Source: an uncultured Methanomicrobiaceae archaeon (GTDB taxonomy: Archaea; Halobacteriota; Methanomicrobia; Methanomicrobiales; Methanoculleaceae). From it: DNA of 64,000 nt. Shown here in pieces: positions 1-12,100 of the stretch. Where the stretch lies: NCBI GenBank assembly GCA_963826525.1, contig CAWGXH010000004.1, positions 1,728,001-1,792,000 on the forward strand, in the 5' to 3' direction. The translations under genes were made by a program, and so were the position numbers. Position 1 is the first letter of the stretch. Each line of letters begins with the position of its first letter. Below the pieces are notes generated by a model. It was not told the DNA's origin. It made no database searches and saw nothing but the letters and a program-made list of their open reading frames with translations.

Positions 1-145
1 AGCCTAGGCGACATCTCGCTTGTCTACCTCTACCTCGTGGACGGGGAGGGCACCATCAGGTGGGCCGAGAAGGGGACGACAGACTCCTGAAGGCGTTGAT
101 TCTCTCCTGAATGCCGCAAGAACGATGCTCGAGGAGTTTCGGTAG
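1..145 (+). CDS. 3' end of a hypothetical protein (possibly ATP10-like thioredoxin-fold family); truncated by window edge, apparent frameshift near 80
   Basis: Frame 1 reads SLGDISLVYLYLVDGEGTIRWAEKG; a shifted frame continues TPEGVDSLLNAARTMLEEFR* (TAG 143-145). Family guess from the YLVD..G.IRW..KG pattern only. Confidence 0.35.
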
Positions 146-155
146 ATTGAGGTGA

Positions 156-1146
156 TCAGGGCTTCCCGTCCCCGGGCAGCACTGCGGAGAGGATGGCGAG
201 TGCCGGTCCTGCGATCACGCCTGCCCAGGTGAAAAGCCCGACGATGCCCAGCACTACCATGGCGGCACGATCGGCGATGCCGCTTCTCCGCCGGAGCCCG
301 ACCACCAGCATGACGGTGCCGAGCACGATCGGGATGAGGGCGACGATCAGCGTCACCAGTATCGCAGCCGTCAGGGGAAGGCCCATGAGGGCGACGATCA
401 GCTGAACGATCGTCATGGCACCGCTGCCGATATAGAGCAGGCCGGCGAGCACTGCTGCCCATCCGAATGCGGATAGGGTTTTTCTCTGCCGCCGCGCCGA
501 TCAGAACAAGCCCGGCGGCGACCACACCGATCAGCGGTGCCAGGATAACGGCGAGCGACTGCCCTTCCCAGAGATGGATGCCGATGACGTCTACGGGTAT
601 CGTCAGCCACTCGGTGAGCGTGTAGCTCTCCCGGGTGCCGACGGCGAGGGCATACGGTCCTGCGCCCTCATCGGCATAGACCGCAACGTAATAGTCACCC
701 GTCTCCGGCGCCGGGATGGTGATCTCGGCAGTTTCGTAGGCTTTTGAGGGGGTGAACGGCTCGAAGAACGGTCGCTCCGGTCTTGCTCCGGGAATGACCG
801 CTGCACCGTCGGTATCGGGTATGTGAATGAACGGCGACGGGGTTCCGGTGGATCCGATCCCCGGCCCCATCACGACCATCCCGGGTGCAAACGCTCCTGT
901 CTCAGGTGTCTGGACGGATAGCCGGATCTGCTCTCCCGCCTCCATCCGGAACCGGTAGTAATCGACGGTATCGTTTCCGGATAGTTCTGCATAGATCACC
1001 CAAGACCGGGTCGGATCATCGATGACGACTGCGGTAGCAGGCCGGTCATGCTCGCCTTCAACCATGACGGGGACATGTGCGGAGGCGACGGAGAGCAGGA
1101 TACAACAAAAGACGACTATATACAGGGAAGTGCTCCGTGCCGACAT
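156..1146 (-). CDS. Exported/membrane hypothetical protein: signal peptide, beta-sandwich domain, C-terminal TM helices; frameshift near 495
   Basis: Signal peptide MSARSTSLYIVVFCCILLSVASAHVP, then DYYRF and EPFTP motifs. The hydrophobic C-terminus continues in ORF 156..452. Confidence 0.7.
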
Positions 1147-1228
1147 AGCAGAACCACGCCGGTAGGATACTATATAGGCATATCGGTGAAGGTTGCGTGT
1201 GCCCGATCCGTATCGCAAAAAGAAGGTA

Positions 1229-1705
1229 TTACAGGTTTTTCAGGGCGACGATATCCGTGACGCCCGTCAGCTTCCATATGTTCGAACGCTCTTCGGATGC
1301 GATCGACTCGATCGGCTCCTCCGGTTTGTGACCGAGTGCTGCGAGGATATTCTGGGAGAGATTCTTCTCCTTGATCATCTCGATGAACTTTTGCCTGATG
1401 ATCTTCTTCTCGATAGCATCTTCCAGCTGGACAAGGTATCCCTGCATGGTCACGAAGGTATATGAGGAGAGGTCTTTGGTGTAGCGCTCGACTTCCACCG
1501 AGACGTAGGGGTGCTGCCGGAAGAGATCGTTCTTTCTTCCATATTTGGTTGCCAGGAAGTAGAGGAATTTCCCGTCGAAGACATAGAGAAACGGAGCGAT
1601 ATAGGGATACTTGTTCCCCTGAAAGGCGATCCTGGAGACATAGCCCTCTTCGATGAGGTTGTCGTATTCTGCTTTATCCATTCGTGGAATTTTCACGATT
1701 TCCAT
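1229..1705 (-). CDS. Pyridoxamine 5'-phosphate oxidase-like (NimA-type) flavin-binding protein
   Basis: RIAFQGNKYPYIAPFLYVFDGKFLYF..KYGRK and PYVSVEVE motifs typical of split-barrel FMN-binding proteins. Confidence 0.8.
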   Translation of the reverse strand: MEIVKIPRMDKAEYDNLIEEGYVSRIAFQGNKYPYIAPFLYVFDGKFLYFLATKYGRKNDLFRQHPYVSVEVERYTKDLSSYTFVTMQGYLVQLEDAIEKKIIRQKFIEMIKEKNLSQNILAALGHKPEEPIESIASEERSNIWKLTGVTDIVALKNL

Positions 1706-2107
1706 TCACATTCCTCACACTGTCGATTATCCAAAACCGTATTTAAAGGTTTCTTTATTGCGTATTATTCCCGTTTTTCGGGCTTTTCTTCCCCTCATAT
1801 GCCCCGGAACCACCTGGAAAGCGAAACCCCCTTAGTTCTTTCGTGCGACACTGCCGGGTGGCATCGGGAATCATCTCCGGGCGGAAAGCCACGCCATGGG
1901 AGTGCGCTGCCCTGTCTCCGGCAGGCACCAGCGAGAGAGTCCCGATAGCGGATACCAGTGCGGATTACGTGCCCCGCGGGCATATGTGTCCGCCTTCACC
2001 GTCCCTCTCGCTATCCGGAATTTTTAACCGGCCGGTTTCCGGAATAAATGCTCATTATTTTCTGATTTGCCTTTATACTAAATGTATTTCATCCGATTAT
2101 ATTGTAT

Positions 2108-2122
2108 TACTTTTATATATTT
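2108..2122 (+). promoter_or_regulatory. Archaeal TATA box upstream of paralog cluster
   Basis: TTTTATATAT about 25-30 bp upstream of ATG 2142, in an AT-rich stretch. Confidence 0.55.
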
Positions 2123-2141
2123 ACGCATAAAATAATCTGGT

Positions 2142-3431
2142 ATGCGCGTTCGTCTTTCATCGGCGCTGTTTGTCATTGGAATCGTCGGACTTTTGGGGTT
2201 CCTGTTTCCTGTATCGGCTCTGGACATACCCCTCGATGCAACCACCGTCCCGACCGGACAGACGGGGCCGTTCGATTTTGCCATGCTTCAGGGTCAGGGT
2301 TCGTTCCCTGCCGCCGGTGCGCTGTCGTCGTACCTGACCCCGAACCATACGGCGGCAACCTCTGTCGAGGCCGGGACAGACGGCAGTGCGCTGGAGAATA
2401 TCTCCGCACAGGTCACCTCTGCTCCGGCTGAGGATGCTGCCACTTTCGATGATGGCGTGCCCGCAATCAACCGGGATCTTGATGCCGTCGATGCACCGTC
2501 CGGGGGGGAGATCTCGTATAAGGATGAATACGCCGATGAGATGCTGCTCGGCCTCATTGCCGAGTCCGGAGTGCCCCTGATGGTCTCTGCTGTGCAGTGC
2601 ATGTACGCGGAGCACGGCAATGATACTGCTTCTATGCAGAATGGTGCTGCTACGATGTACAACCTCGGTATCGATGCTCGTGATAAAGCGGCATCGCTCA
2701 CCGTATCCGCTGAGTTAGAACCTGTGCATGCAGATTTCATGCATGCACTGGAGAACTTTATCAGTGCAGGCTCTGTCCTGAAGGAGGCCGGTACTCAGAA
2801 TGCCTCTGCAACCGATGCGGCATTCGTGCAGATCACGGAAGGATGCAGTTATCTTCAGACGGCACTGCAGGGACCCGGACAGGGAGCGATGGTTGCGGCG
2901 GCAGCCTTCGGCTCGCATCTGCAGGCCGCCGGCATGCCGTCTCCGGAAGATCAGATCGCGTCCCGGGACGACCTCGCTCTCCTCGAGCGGTTCTGCTACG
3001 ATGATCCTGAGGGCGAGAACACGCTCTCGTTCGTGGTCGAATCCACCGGGAGAGTTCACTCGTATACCTACACCCGCGATGAGCAGAAAGTGACCGTCCC
3101 GGCAGAGTTTGGGCGCCAGTTCCTCCTCGTTGTTGTGAAAGCGACCAACGTCGGGCATAAGGGAGACGGAGACCTGTACGAAGCGGATACCCCGGATCTT
3201 GCAGCCGTAACGCTTCACCACCGCGCCGATGTATACTCCCCGGCCGCTCTGCCGCCTGCGACCTCTCTCGGTGAGTCGTATGCCGGTGCTCGCCTGGAGC
3301 GATACGAATCGAAGAAGAGCTTCCTTCTCTTCGATGTGCCTGCCACCCTGAATGTCTCCGAGGCGCGCCTGCAGGTAGACTTCGGATCACCCGGAGTCAC
3401 TGGTTGGAGCCTCAGAGAAGTTCAGCCCTGA
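2142..3431 (+). CDS. Exported protein, paralog 1 (helical domain plus C-terminal DUF4352-like Ig fold)
   Basis: N-terminal hydrophobic signal; C-terminal AEFGRQFLLVVVKATNVGHKG and LERYESKKSFLLFDVP. Confidence 0.7.
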   Translation: MRVRLSSALFVIGIVGLLGFLFPVSALDIPLDATTVPTGQTGPFDFAMLQGQGSFPAAGALSSYLTPNHTAATSVEAGTDGSALENISAQVTSAPAEDAATFDDGVPAINRDLDAVDAPSGGEISYKDEYADEMLLGLIAESGVPLMVSAVQCMYAEHGNDTASMQNGAATMYNLGIDARDKAASLTVSAELEPVHADFMHALENFISAGSVLKEAGTQNASATDAAFVQITEGCSYLQTALQGPGQGAMVAAAAFGSHLQAAGMPSPEDQIASRDDLALLERFCYDDPEGENTLSFVVESTGRVHSYTYTRDEQKVTVPAEFGRQFLLVVVKATNVGHKGDGDLYEADTPDLAAVTLHHRADVYSPAALPPATSLGESYAGARLERYESKKSFLLFDVPATLNVSEARLQVDFGSPGVTGWSLREVQP

Positions 3432-3531
3432 ACCTCTTTTTCAGGTCTCCTCTTTTTCTGGTTACCGGTGTGAGGCCGATAACCCTGATCTGCAAGGCTT
3501 TATGTAACAGAACGAAACACTATACCCATTC

Positions 3532-4736
3532 ATGGAGCGTTGGGACTCTGCCGCAATGGTTATCGCCCTGATTATCTTTGCAGGGATTCTGGTCTTCTCC
3601 CTCGCCGCTTCGGAGCCGGACGGTATGCTCAACGCGTCCGTGCCGCACCCGGCCGCAGAGGGATGGCGCTTCCAGGCTGATACCGCCCCCCTCTTCGCCG
3701 ATACGTACGCCCGGCTGGCTGAGGAAAGTGCGTTCTCCGGAGAACCTCTGCCGGCGGTGCTGCCGACCGTTGAACCCGTTGAAAGCGAAACCGCGAATAT
3801 AGCCCCTGTCGATCCGGGCAATGTCACCGTGGAGATGCCCGAATATGACGATGATATTCTGGTAGATCTTATCGCCAACACCAGTATTCCTCTTAGCATG
3901 CTCTCGGTGCAGAATGTGTACCACTGTACTACTGGGACGAGGCTGCCGTGAGTGCTGGCGGGAGCGAGCTCTCCGATATGGCCACGGATGTCCTTGCGGA
4001 GGTGAAGCCGCTCGAGATCTCACCTGAGCGGGAAGGCACCCGGTCTGCGTTTGTTGCTGCTCTTGAGTCGTATGCGTCAGCCGGTAGAGTCCTAAAGGAG
4101 GCAGCGCTCCTGACCACGACCGAAGTGGATTCTGCCTTTGAAAATATTACTGCAGGTACGGATCACCTCCGAGAAGCGATCGACGGCATTTCTGACCGGG
4201 CACTCGATATTCCGCTGGAGGTTTCCGGTATAGGAGAACTGACTCCCCGTTCATCGTCGCTCCCTGTGTTCCAGACCGCTCTGCCGCTCCGGCAGCGGTA
4301 TACCTTCGATGACCGAACCGGTGCGAATACGATCTCCCTGATCCTCGAGTCGGTGCGGCGGACAGGATCCTATCAGCTTCTCGGGGGCGGCGGCGATACC
4401 GTTACCGCAGAGCCGGGGCGGATGTTCCTGCTGGTCGCCGTGCAGGTCACCAACATCGGGCACAAAGGGGAGAGCAGGACATACACCATAAAGACACCGA
4501 CTCCCGGTTCGTTCACCCTCCACTACTACAATGCCGCGTATTCGCCGCTCACGGTCACCACCTCCACCTCCTATGGCGCTCCGTATGGAGTAGCCACACT
4601 GAACCGGTATGAGACGAAAGAGGGGTATCTGATCTACGACGTGCCCGCATCGTTCAACGTCTCCGGTGCCTACGTTTCGGTGAACCTCGGAGATCAGGGC
4701 TCTCCTGTGTGGGCACTCGGCAAGACCATGCAGTAA
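3532..4736 (+). CDS. Exported protein, paralog 2; frameshift near 3921
   Basis: ORFs 3532..3951 and 3948..4736 join by one base (SVQNV.ALYYWDEAAVSAGG). Shares AEPGRMFLLVAVQVTNIGHKG and LNRYETKEGYLIYDVP with its neighbours. Confidence 0.7.
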
Positions 4737-4879
4737 CCGCTTCTGCAGATCGACCGGGAGAGCTGCGGTGCGTTCACAGGTGGCGGGTTCGCATGCTCTC
4801 CTTAATGAGTGTTTTGCCGATACGGATCTTTCTGTCGGAAACCGGAATCATTATATGTTATCTCCTGGTATTCTGCGGT

Positions 4880-6004
4880 ATGCGGTTGCGATACTCTCTC
4901 CTAGCAACGCTGGTGCTCGCCGGTCTACTCGGGGCGTTCATCTTTACCATGGTTGTGCCCGGAGAGGCTTACGCAGAGGTTCGGAACGCTTCGGCAGGAA
5001 CCGTCTATGCCGATCTCATTCCGCTCCCACTGAATCCGTTCGCCGTCGCAGCCTCCTCTCCCGCCGCTCCGGTTGAGAATGCTTCCGATATATCGAGTGA
5101 GAACGGCAGCCTCGTTCCGGCCTCAGGCGACGACGAGCTCGCCCTGCTGATGGCGGATTCAAGTCTTCCCCTCCTGATGCTCTCTGTTCAGAACATTCAC
5201 GCCGCATACTACCGGGATGAAGGAGCGCTTTTTGAACTTGCTCCGGCGCTATACGATCTCGCTTTCTCGACACTCCAGGATGCCGAGGCCTGCACGGTCT
5301 CGCCCGAAAACGAATCGATCAAGGCGGATTTTATTGCAGCACTTGAAGAATACGCAGCAGCCGGCAGAATGCTCGCCGATAGCGGGCTCCGAGACCCTGC
5401 AGAGGTCGAGACAGCACTCGACCGCATCGCTGTGGGGACGGATCGCCTGCATCTGGTAATGGCATCGTTCAACGATACAGCAGATGTCGCTCCGGATGAG
5501 TTTTTGCTGCAGGCAGAGCCGTCTCCGATGCCGACTCCCGCATTCCCCGGTGCTCTCGGCCTTGGCGAACGTTATTGCTATGACGACTCGAGCGGTGATA
5601 ATATGCTCTCGCTTATCGTCGAATCAACGAGACGGGCACATGCGTTTACGGTGGAAGACTCCTCGCGGAAACGCATCGAGGCCGAACCCGGTCGGGAGTA
5701 TCTCCTCGTTGCGCTCAAGTATACGCACCTTGGGTACAAAGGAGACGGGAAGAACTATCTTGTCAGGCTTCCCGCGGCACGGTCGTTCACGCTTGTTTAT
5801 CAGGAGTCGACCTACCAGGCGATCGATGTCCCTGCGATGACGTCGCAGGGTCAGTCATATCTGGGCGGACAGCTTGATCGATATGAGGCACTGGAGGGCT
5901 TCCTCTTCTTCGAGATCCCCGAGGCGATGAACATCTCGGAGGCCTACCTAAAAGCCGATCTCGGTGTGGGCAAACCTATCTGGCGGCTTATGAATCTACG
6001 GTGA
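4880..6004 (+). CDS. Exported protein, paralog 3
   Basis: Start MRLRYSLLATLVLAG; AEPGREYLLVALKYTHLGYKG and LDRYEALEGFLFFEIP. Confidence 0.7.
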   Translation: MRLRYSLLATLVLAGLLGAFIFTMVVPGEAYAEVRNASAGTVYADLIPLPLNPFAVAASSPAAPVENASDISSENGSLVPASGDDELALLMADSSLPLLMLSVQNIHAAYYRDEGALFELAPALYDLAFSTLQDAEACTVSPENESIKADFIAALEEYAAAGRMLADSGLRDPAEVETALDRIAVGTDRLHLVMASFNDTADVAPDEFLLQAEPSPMPTPAFPGALGLGERYCYDDSSGDNMLSLIVESTRRAHAFTVEDSSRKRIEAEPGREYLLVALKYTHLGYKGDGKNYLVRLPAARSFTLVYQESTYQAIDVPAMTSQGQSYLGGQLDRYEALEGFLFFEIPEAMNISEAYLKADLGVGKPIWRLMNLR

Positions 6005-6632
6005 TCTGCAGGCGATATAGCCCGGTTTATTTCACTTTTTTCCGTCCGGGTGGCCGTTTCCCTGGGCAGGTATCCTTCAGGCCTTCTAGGGGCAAAGCGT
6101 GTCTTGAGGCTCTGCACCGGGCAACACACGTACGGCCTTGCACCTTGGCCTCTCCCTTCCAACGGGAGAAGCCTCCGGACGATGGCTGCAAGGGCTCACC
6201 GCGGCTCTTTGCCCCACATATTCTTCAACTGCAGGCGCTGGTCGGGATGTTCCGTGGGGCGAGGGTCCTGGAAGAGTCGTGTCTGCAGCGTCGGCTCTGC
6301 CCTCTTTCGTCCGAATTCACATCGCGATTGCTGGCAAGGTCATCAAAATATTCTTTAGCAGGGGGGAGATCCTCCCCCTCCCCTATGTGATAGCCCAACG
6401 TCCAGGCCGTGCTCGCGATGTGGATAGTGCGGCTCTTTTCCGCTGATGCAGTGACCGTGAGAGTGCTTCGATCCGAATCAATTTTTTCACTCCCGGATAC
6501 TTTTGGGATCTGCTCAGTTGTATACGCCGGAAGTATCTGATAACGACGGTTTCGTTCCCGTCGGGTCCCGTGGTATCCCAAACCGACCCGGGCAGGCCGG
6601 TTGCCTGCCCCGGCATGAAAAGAAGGAATGGT

Positions 6633-8876
6633 TCAGGCCGAAACAGAATCAGACGTTTCGAGGTTCGCGGCCGGCGTGTACGTCCAGCCGTCTTTTTCTA
6701 CCGCATCGACTGTGAAGGTGAAGACGCCGCTGTTTCGCACCGTGTTCGATGTAAAAGTTACCGAACCGGCGCTGTCTGTCGTTCTGACCCCGGCACCCCT
6801 TCCAAGACCGCCCCAGTGTCCGGTGACTTCAGCTCCCGGAACCGGGTTGTTGCCGTCATCGACAATCGTGACGGTCGCGACGCCGTAGGTGCGGTGCGAA
6901 GCCTCCTCTACAAGCATATCGATAGCCTGGACGTGCATCCCGGCCGCTTCGTTCACCCCGATAACGGTGACGATCTGTGTCTCCGTGGATGATGCTTCTG
7001 CGTTATCGGTGACGGCGAGTGTAACGGCATAGGTGCCTGCCGAGTCATAGATGTGGGTTACCACCGTCCCGGTTCCGCTCGTGCCGTCACCGAAGTCCCA
7101 ATCATACAGCACGATCGTGCCGTCCGGATCGGACGATGCCGAACCGTCGAAGACTGCCGGACTGTCCATATACACGGTGCTGTCTCCGTTGAGAACTGCA
7201 ACCGGCGGCTGATTGGCTTCAACAACGATCTGCACCGAATCGGTAGCGGTTGCCCCGTCGGTGTCGGTGATCCGCAGCGTGACCGTGTGTATTCCGACGA
7301 CAAACGTGTACGTCAGACTCTCTCCGGTTCCGAGGCTATCGTCTCCTTCGAGCCATTCGTAGGCGACGATGGAACCGTCGGGGTCAAAAGAGCCTGATCC
7401 GTCGAGGAAAACTGCTTCGAGGCCGTCACCGTCCGCATCGCCTGTCGACCGATCGTCACCGGCGTCGGGAACCGGGAGGTCGTTTGTCAGTGTTGTGAAG
7501 GTGTATGGAGCCTCCACGGCAGGGGCGGTGGCGGTGTTTCCATATGCATCGGTCGATGAAACTGTGTAGGAGTACGCGACGCCTTTTTCGAGGTTCGCGA
7601 GTTCGAGGCGGTGCGAAACGCCGGTGTCGGTTTCTGATACCTGCTCGTTCAGGGCGGATGGCGAGGTGCCGTACCGGAGCATGCCCGATGCCGGTTCGTC
7701 GGTCTGCCAGGTGATCGCCGCACCGCTTCCCGTTACCCCCTCAACCGCAACGCCGGTGATGATCGGCGGGGTCGTATCCGTGATGGGGAGACTCCCCACC
7801 GCCTCGGCGGCGTTCACTATTCCATTGCCATACCATGCCGGCTTACCGAGATCTGTCGCGGTGGTGGCGAGCGTCTCCCGAACCTCGGTGTTGCTCAGGT
7901 TCGGATGAGCTGCCAGGACGAGTGCCGCAACGCCGGCGACATGCGGACATGCCATTGACGTTCCGCTTATCGAGCGGTAACCGTCCGGATATGTTGAATA
8001 GATCCCGACACCCGGTGCAGCGAGCTCCACAGCAGGTCCGGTGCTCGACCAGGATGCTCGTTGATCGTTCTCGCCGATTGCAGAGACTGCAATCACGGAG
8101 TCATACCTGGCTGGATAGTCGACTGTATCGCCGTATCCGGAGTACCTGCCGTCATTGCCTGCAGCCCCGACGAGGACGATCCCTGCGTCGTATGCCGCAT
8201 CACAGGCCGACTGAAGGGCATAGGAGTTGGAGTTGCTGCCAAGGCTCATCGAGATGACCTGTATATCATTGTCGACCGCCCATTCGATACCCGATATGAC
8301 ATCGCTGATGTATCCGCCGCCACTGCTGCTTAACACCTTGACCGCATAGAGATCGGCCTTCGGGGCGACACCGATGATACCGATATCGTTCATCTCGGCT
8401 GCAATGATGCCTGCACAGTGTGTTCCGTGGCCGTTGTCATCCATGGGATCGGCATCGTCGTTGGCGAAGTCGTATCCTCCCCGGTAGTTCCCTTCCAGGT
8501 CCGGGTGGGTGTAGTCGATGCCCGTATCGAGGACGGCCACACGTACTCCATCTCCGGTGACAGCTTCATGCACCATCGGTGCTCCGACTCTCTCGATGCC
8601 CCAGGGGATGGTATCACCCAGTGCATGCACCTGGTAGTCCGGCTCGATATAGGCTATCCTCGGGTCGCGTGCAATCCTCTCAATGGCGTACGCGGGCATA
8701 TCCGCCGATACTGCCGAGATCCCGTGATGTACATGCGTGACTGTGCCGTGTTGAAGCATTGTCTGATCCATATCGCCCCGAAACCCGATTATGACCTGCT
8801 CCGCCCCGGCTACTGTGACAAACGTGCCTGATATCAGTAAAAGAACTATCAGGCACAGGAAATATCCCCGCTTCAT
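6633..8876 (-). CDS. Secreted subtilisin-family (S8) serine protease with I9 propeptide, FN3-like and PKD domains
   Basis: Catalytic triad motifs VAVLDTGID, HGTHCAG and GTSMACPHVAG; PKD signature WDFGDGT; signal peptide. Confidence 0.93.
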   Translation of the reverse strand: MKRGYFLCLIVLLLISGTFVTVAGAEQVIIGFRGDMDQTMLQHGTVTHVHHGISAVSADMPAYAIERIARDPRIAYIEPDYQVHALGDTIPWGIERVGAPMVHEAVTGDGVRVAVLDTGIDYTHPDLEGNYRGGYDFANDDADPMDDNGHGTHCAGIIAAEMNDIGIIGVAPKADLYAVKVLSSSGGGYISDVISGIEWAVDNDIQVISMSLGSNSNSYALQSACDAAYDAGIVLVGAAGNDGRYSGYGDTVDYPARYDSVIAVSAIGENDQRASWSSTGPAVELAAPGVGIYSTYPDGYRSISGTSMACPHVAGVAALVLAAHPNLSNTEVRETLATTATDLGKPAWYGNGIVNAAEAVGSLPITDTTPPIITGVAVEGVTGSGAAITWQTDEPASGMLRYGTSPSALNEQVSETDTGVSHRLELANLEKGVAYSYTVSSTDAYGNTATAPAVEAPYTFTTLTNDLPVPDAGDDRSTGDADGDGLEAVFLDGSGSFDPDGSIVAYEWLEGDDSLGTGESLTYTFVVGIHTVTLRITDTDGATATDSVQIVVEANQPPVAVLNGDSTVYMDSPAVFDGSASSDPDGTIVLYDWDFGDGTSGTGTVVTHIYDSAGTYAVTLAVTDNAEASSTETQIVTVIGVNEAAGMHVQAIDMLVEEASHRTYGVATVTIVDDGNNPVPGAEVTGHWGGLGRGAGVRTTDSAGSVTFTSNTVRNSGVFTFTVDAVEKDGWTYTPAANLETSDSVSA

Positions 8877-9101
8877 GGGTGTGCCGTATGCCGGGGACTA
8901 CTATTTAATGGTTTCTTTTGGTGGAAGCATATTTTGATTATTATTATTCGTTGACGAATAAAATGGGGTGGTCAAAACAAAGATTATTTTATTTAATTGT
9001 TTCTCACAGATTCTCCTACTTGGGAAAGTTATATATACAAATTACGTCTATGCGCGTCTAACATCGTTCAGGCGATGGGTATGAAAACAGGTGAAGAACT
9101 C

Positions 9102-12100
9102 ATGACGAATGCAAAATTCGGGCAATCAAACCGGTTGCTTCTCTGGTCGGTGTTTGCACTGGCCATTGCGGCGCTGCTGTTCGTGCCCGTAAGTGCAGTG
9201 GATGTGGCGAATACCACGCCTGCTGTTTCGGCCCAAACCACTGTGGTGCCTGCACCCTGTGAGGTCTGGGTCTGTCCGAGCTATGGACCATCGACTCCAG
9301 GATATGGATGCGATCACTTCAAGACCATCCAGGAGGCAGTCGACGCCGTGGCAGAATGCGGCATTGTGCATGTCGGCGACGCGACCTACTATGAGTCCGT
9401 CGAGATTACCACGCCCGGGATCTCCGTGATCGCCGATGAGGGCACTATCCTCGATGCGACGGGAGAATTGATCGGCATATGCATCCACGATGCGGCGGAC
9501 GTCACCGTCAGCGGTTTTACAATTATTAATGCCGAAGAGGTCGGGATTCTCGCTGAGTATGCCGACAATGTCCGGATAACCGACAACTGCATAGACCTCG
9601 ATGTACTGTTTGGCGACGGTATCGCTGTCTACTGCTCTGATAATGCCGTCATCTCCGGCAACAGCATCACGATTGATGCGTGCATGGATGCCTACGGTAT
9701 CTACGTCGACGACTCCGAGAATCCTCAGGTAACCTGCAACTCCATCTGTATTAACGTCATTGGTTCCGAGGGCATTATCACGACCGATGAGTCGGTCGTC
9801 AGCGCCCTTGATACCGGACATACGGCAGGTCACCGGGCCGGGGTAAAGTCTTCTGAGATCTCAGCGGCGAACGAGCAGTCCTGCTATGCATATGCCGCCG
9901 GTATCTCCGTCTACGGTACCTCCGCACTGGTTGAAGAGAACGTCGTCAACGTTACCTCAACCTGCGAGGTCTGCGTGTTCGGGAGCTTCGCCGGAACCGT
10001 CGGTATCGATGTCGAAGGCGACTTCGCCGAGGTCTCCTGCAACCAGATCACCTCGACCGCAGCGGCCGACTGTGCCTATGCCGACGGCATCTATGCCACC
10101 GGCCTGAAGATTATCGTCGATTCCAACACGATCGACTCCTGCACCGAGGCGTACACCGCCGACCCGTACGGTATCGATATCTGGGATGCCGAGAAGGGTC
10201 AGGTCGTCGATAACGTCATCAGCATGAATGTCTACGGCGTCGTCGCCACCGGGTATGGTATCATAGTCGAAGATGCCGAGAAGGTTCAGGTCATCGGCAA
10301 CACCGTCGGTATCGACGCCTGCCTCGAGAGCCTTGATGGTATCGATCTCGTCGACAACGTCGACGCAGAATGTAGTGCAGCCTTCTGGATGGAGGGCATC
10401 TACGTCTATGACAGTTACCAGTCCCAGGTTGCCGACAACTGCGTCGATGTGAAGGCCAATGTTGCTGCTTCGTCCCTCGACGGAGCGATCGCTATCGGGA
10501 GTTCCGGCCACGCTCAGGCAATGAATGAGATGCACGCCGACGTCGCCGGTGTATCGGTTGCAGAGTGGTCGGGCACCGCCGGTGTCGATATCGATGCCTG
10601 TGATGAGGCGGATATTCACGACAACACTATCAGTGTCGACCTCTGCATCGAGGCTCTTGACGAGAGTGAGGCCTTTGCCGTTGCCTATGCCGGCATCTGG
10701 GCGGAAGGCCTGAGCCTCTGGAGAGGGTGCGACTCTAACGTTTACGAAAACAGTGTCTCCGTGCTCCTCGACGCCGAGGTTGCCTCGGCTTCCGGAGATG
10801 AGACCAGATATGCAAACACTGTCTGTCTTGCAGACACCGAGGCCTTCGGTATCACGCTCTACGATACCTACGACACGACCGTCATCGACAACTGCGTCGA
10901 TGTCAAAGGCAGCAACGCCATCGCCGGTGTTGCGGTCGCATCATGCTCCGGCATGACTCCTGACTGCCTGATGGCGCGGCTCGCCCGGGAGGGCATGCTC
11001 GTTCAGGAGCAGGCCATGCTGGTGAACGAATCCGTAAACTCGATCATCGGTTCCACCGATGCATTCGCCGACCGTGACATCGTCGAACGCCGTCATCGGC
11101 ATCTTTGCGGATACCGACGGAAACGTCGAGATCAACGATAACTCCGTTGATGTCTGTGTTGACACCGCCGCGGTCGCCGCCTCGCACTCCGAGGTCGGTG
11201 TTGAGGATGCATTCTCCGGCCAGACCGGACTTGGTGTCGGGTTCGGTATCATCGGCCCTTCCGGTGACTGTGCGATCATCACCGGGAACGATGTCTCCGT
11301 TAGCAGCGCTCTCAAAGCCGTTGCATACGCCGAAGAAGAACTCATCGGTACCAGGGATGCCGTCACGACCGGGTTGAACGGCGTGGCTGCGGTCGGTATC
11401 ACCGCGCTTGCGCATGTCAACGACGTCTCCGACAACACCGTCTGTATCGATGTCTCCGGCGAATACAAGGCAGCCTCCATTGAGAGCGTGCCCGATGAGT
11501 ATGCCGGTGCATACGGCCTCCTCGGCTCGGCCGGTATCGGTATCGTGACGCTGAACACCCTTGATCTGGTCGACGAGTTCGTCGATCTGAACACTGTCGC
11601 ACAGAATGATGTGACCGTTGAAAACTGCATCACCATGAACCTCTACGCCGAGGGTATCGGTGACCCGGTTGCTCTTGCGGGCGGCCTTGGTGCGAGTGTG
11701 GGTATCATCGCTCCCGACTCCTTCATCCACGGCAATGACGTGAACGTCACTGCCTGTGTGGACGGAGCAATTGCAGAGACCTACGAAGCATCGGCTCTTG
11801 AAGTCGGATCCGCGAGCGGTGCCGCCGGCCTTGCCGTAGGTATTGCTTCGATCGACTCGGTCGTCACCTGCAACAACGTCATCGCAAACGGAGGCGCAAA
11901 TGCCGTCGCCGTCGCCGAGACCGAAGCGCTCCTCGAGAACGCATTCGGCTACGCGCTCAGTGCCGGTGTCGGTATCGGGATCCTTGACCACGAATCCTCC
12001 ATCGAGCAGAACACGGTCGAGGGCCACGGATGCGCAGTCGCCGAGGCAGTCGCCGAAGGCTACCGCACCGATGCAGATTCCCTTGCGTTCTCTGCCGGTA

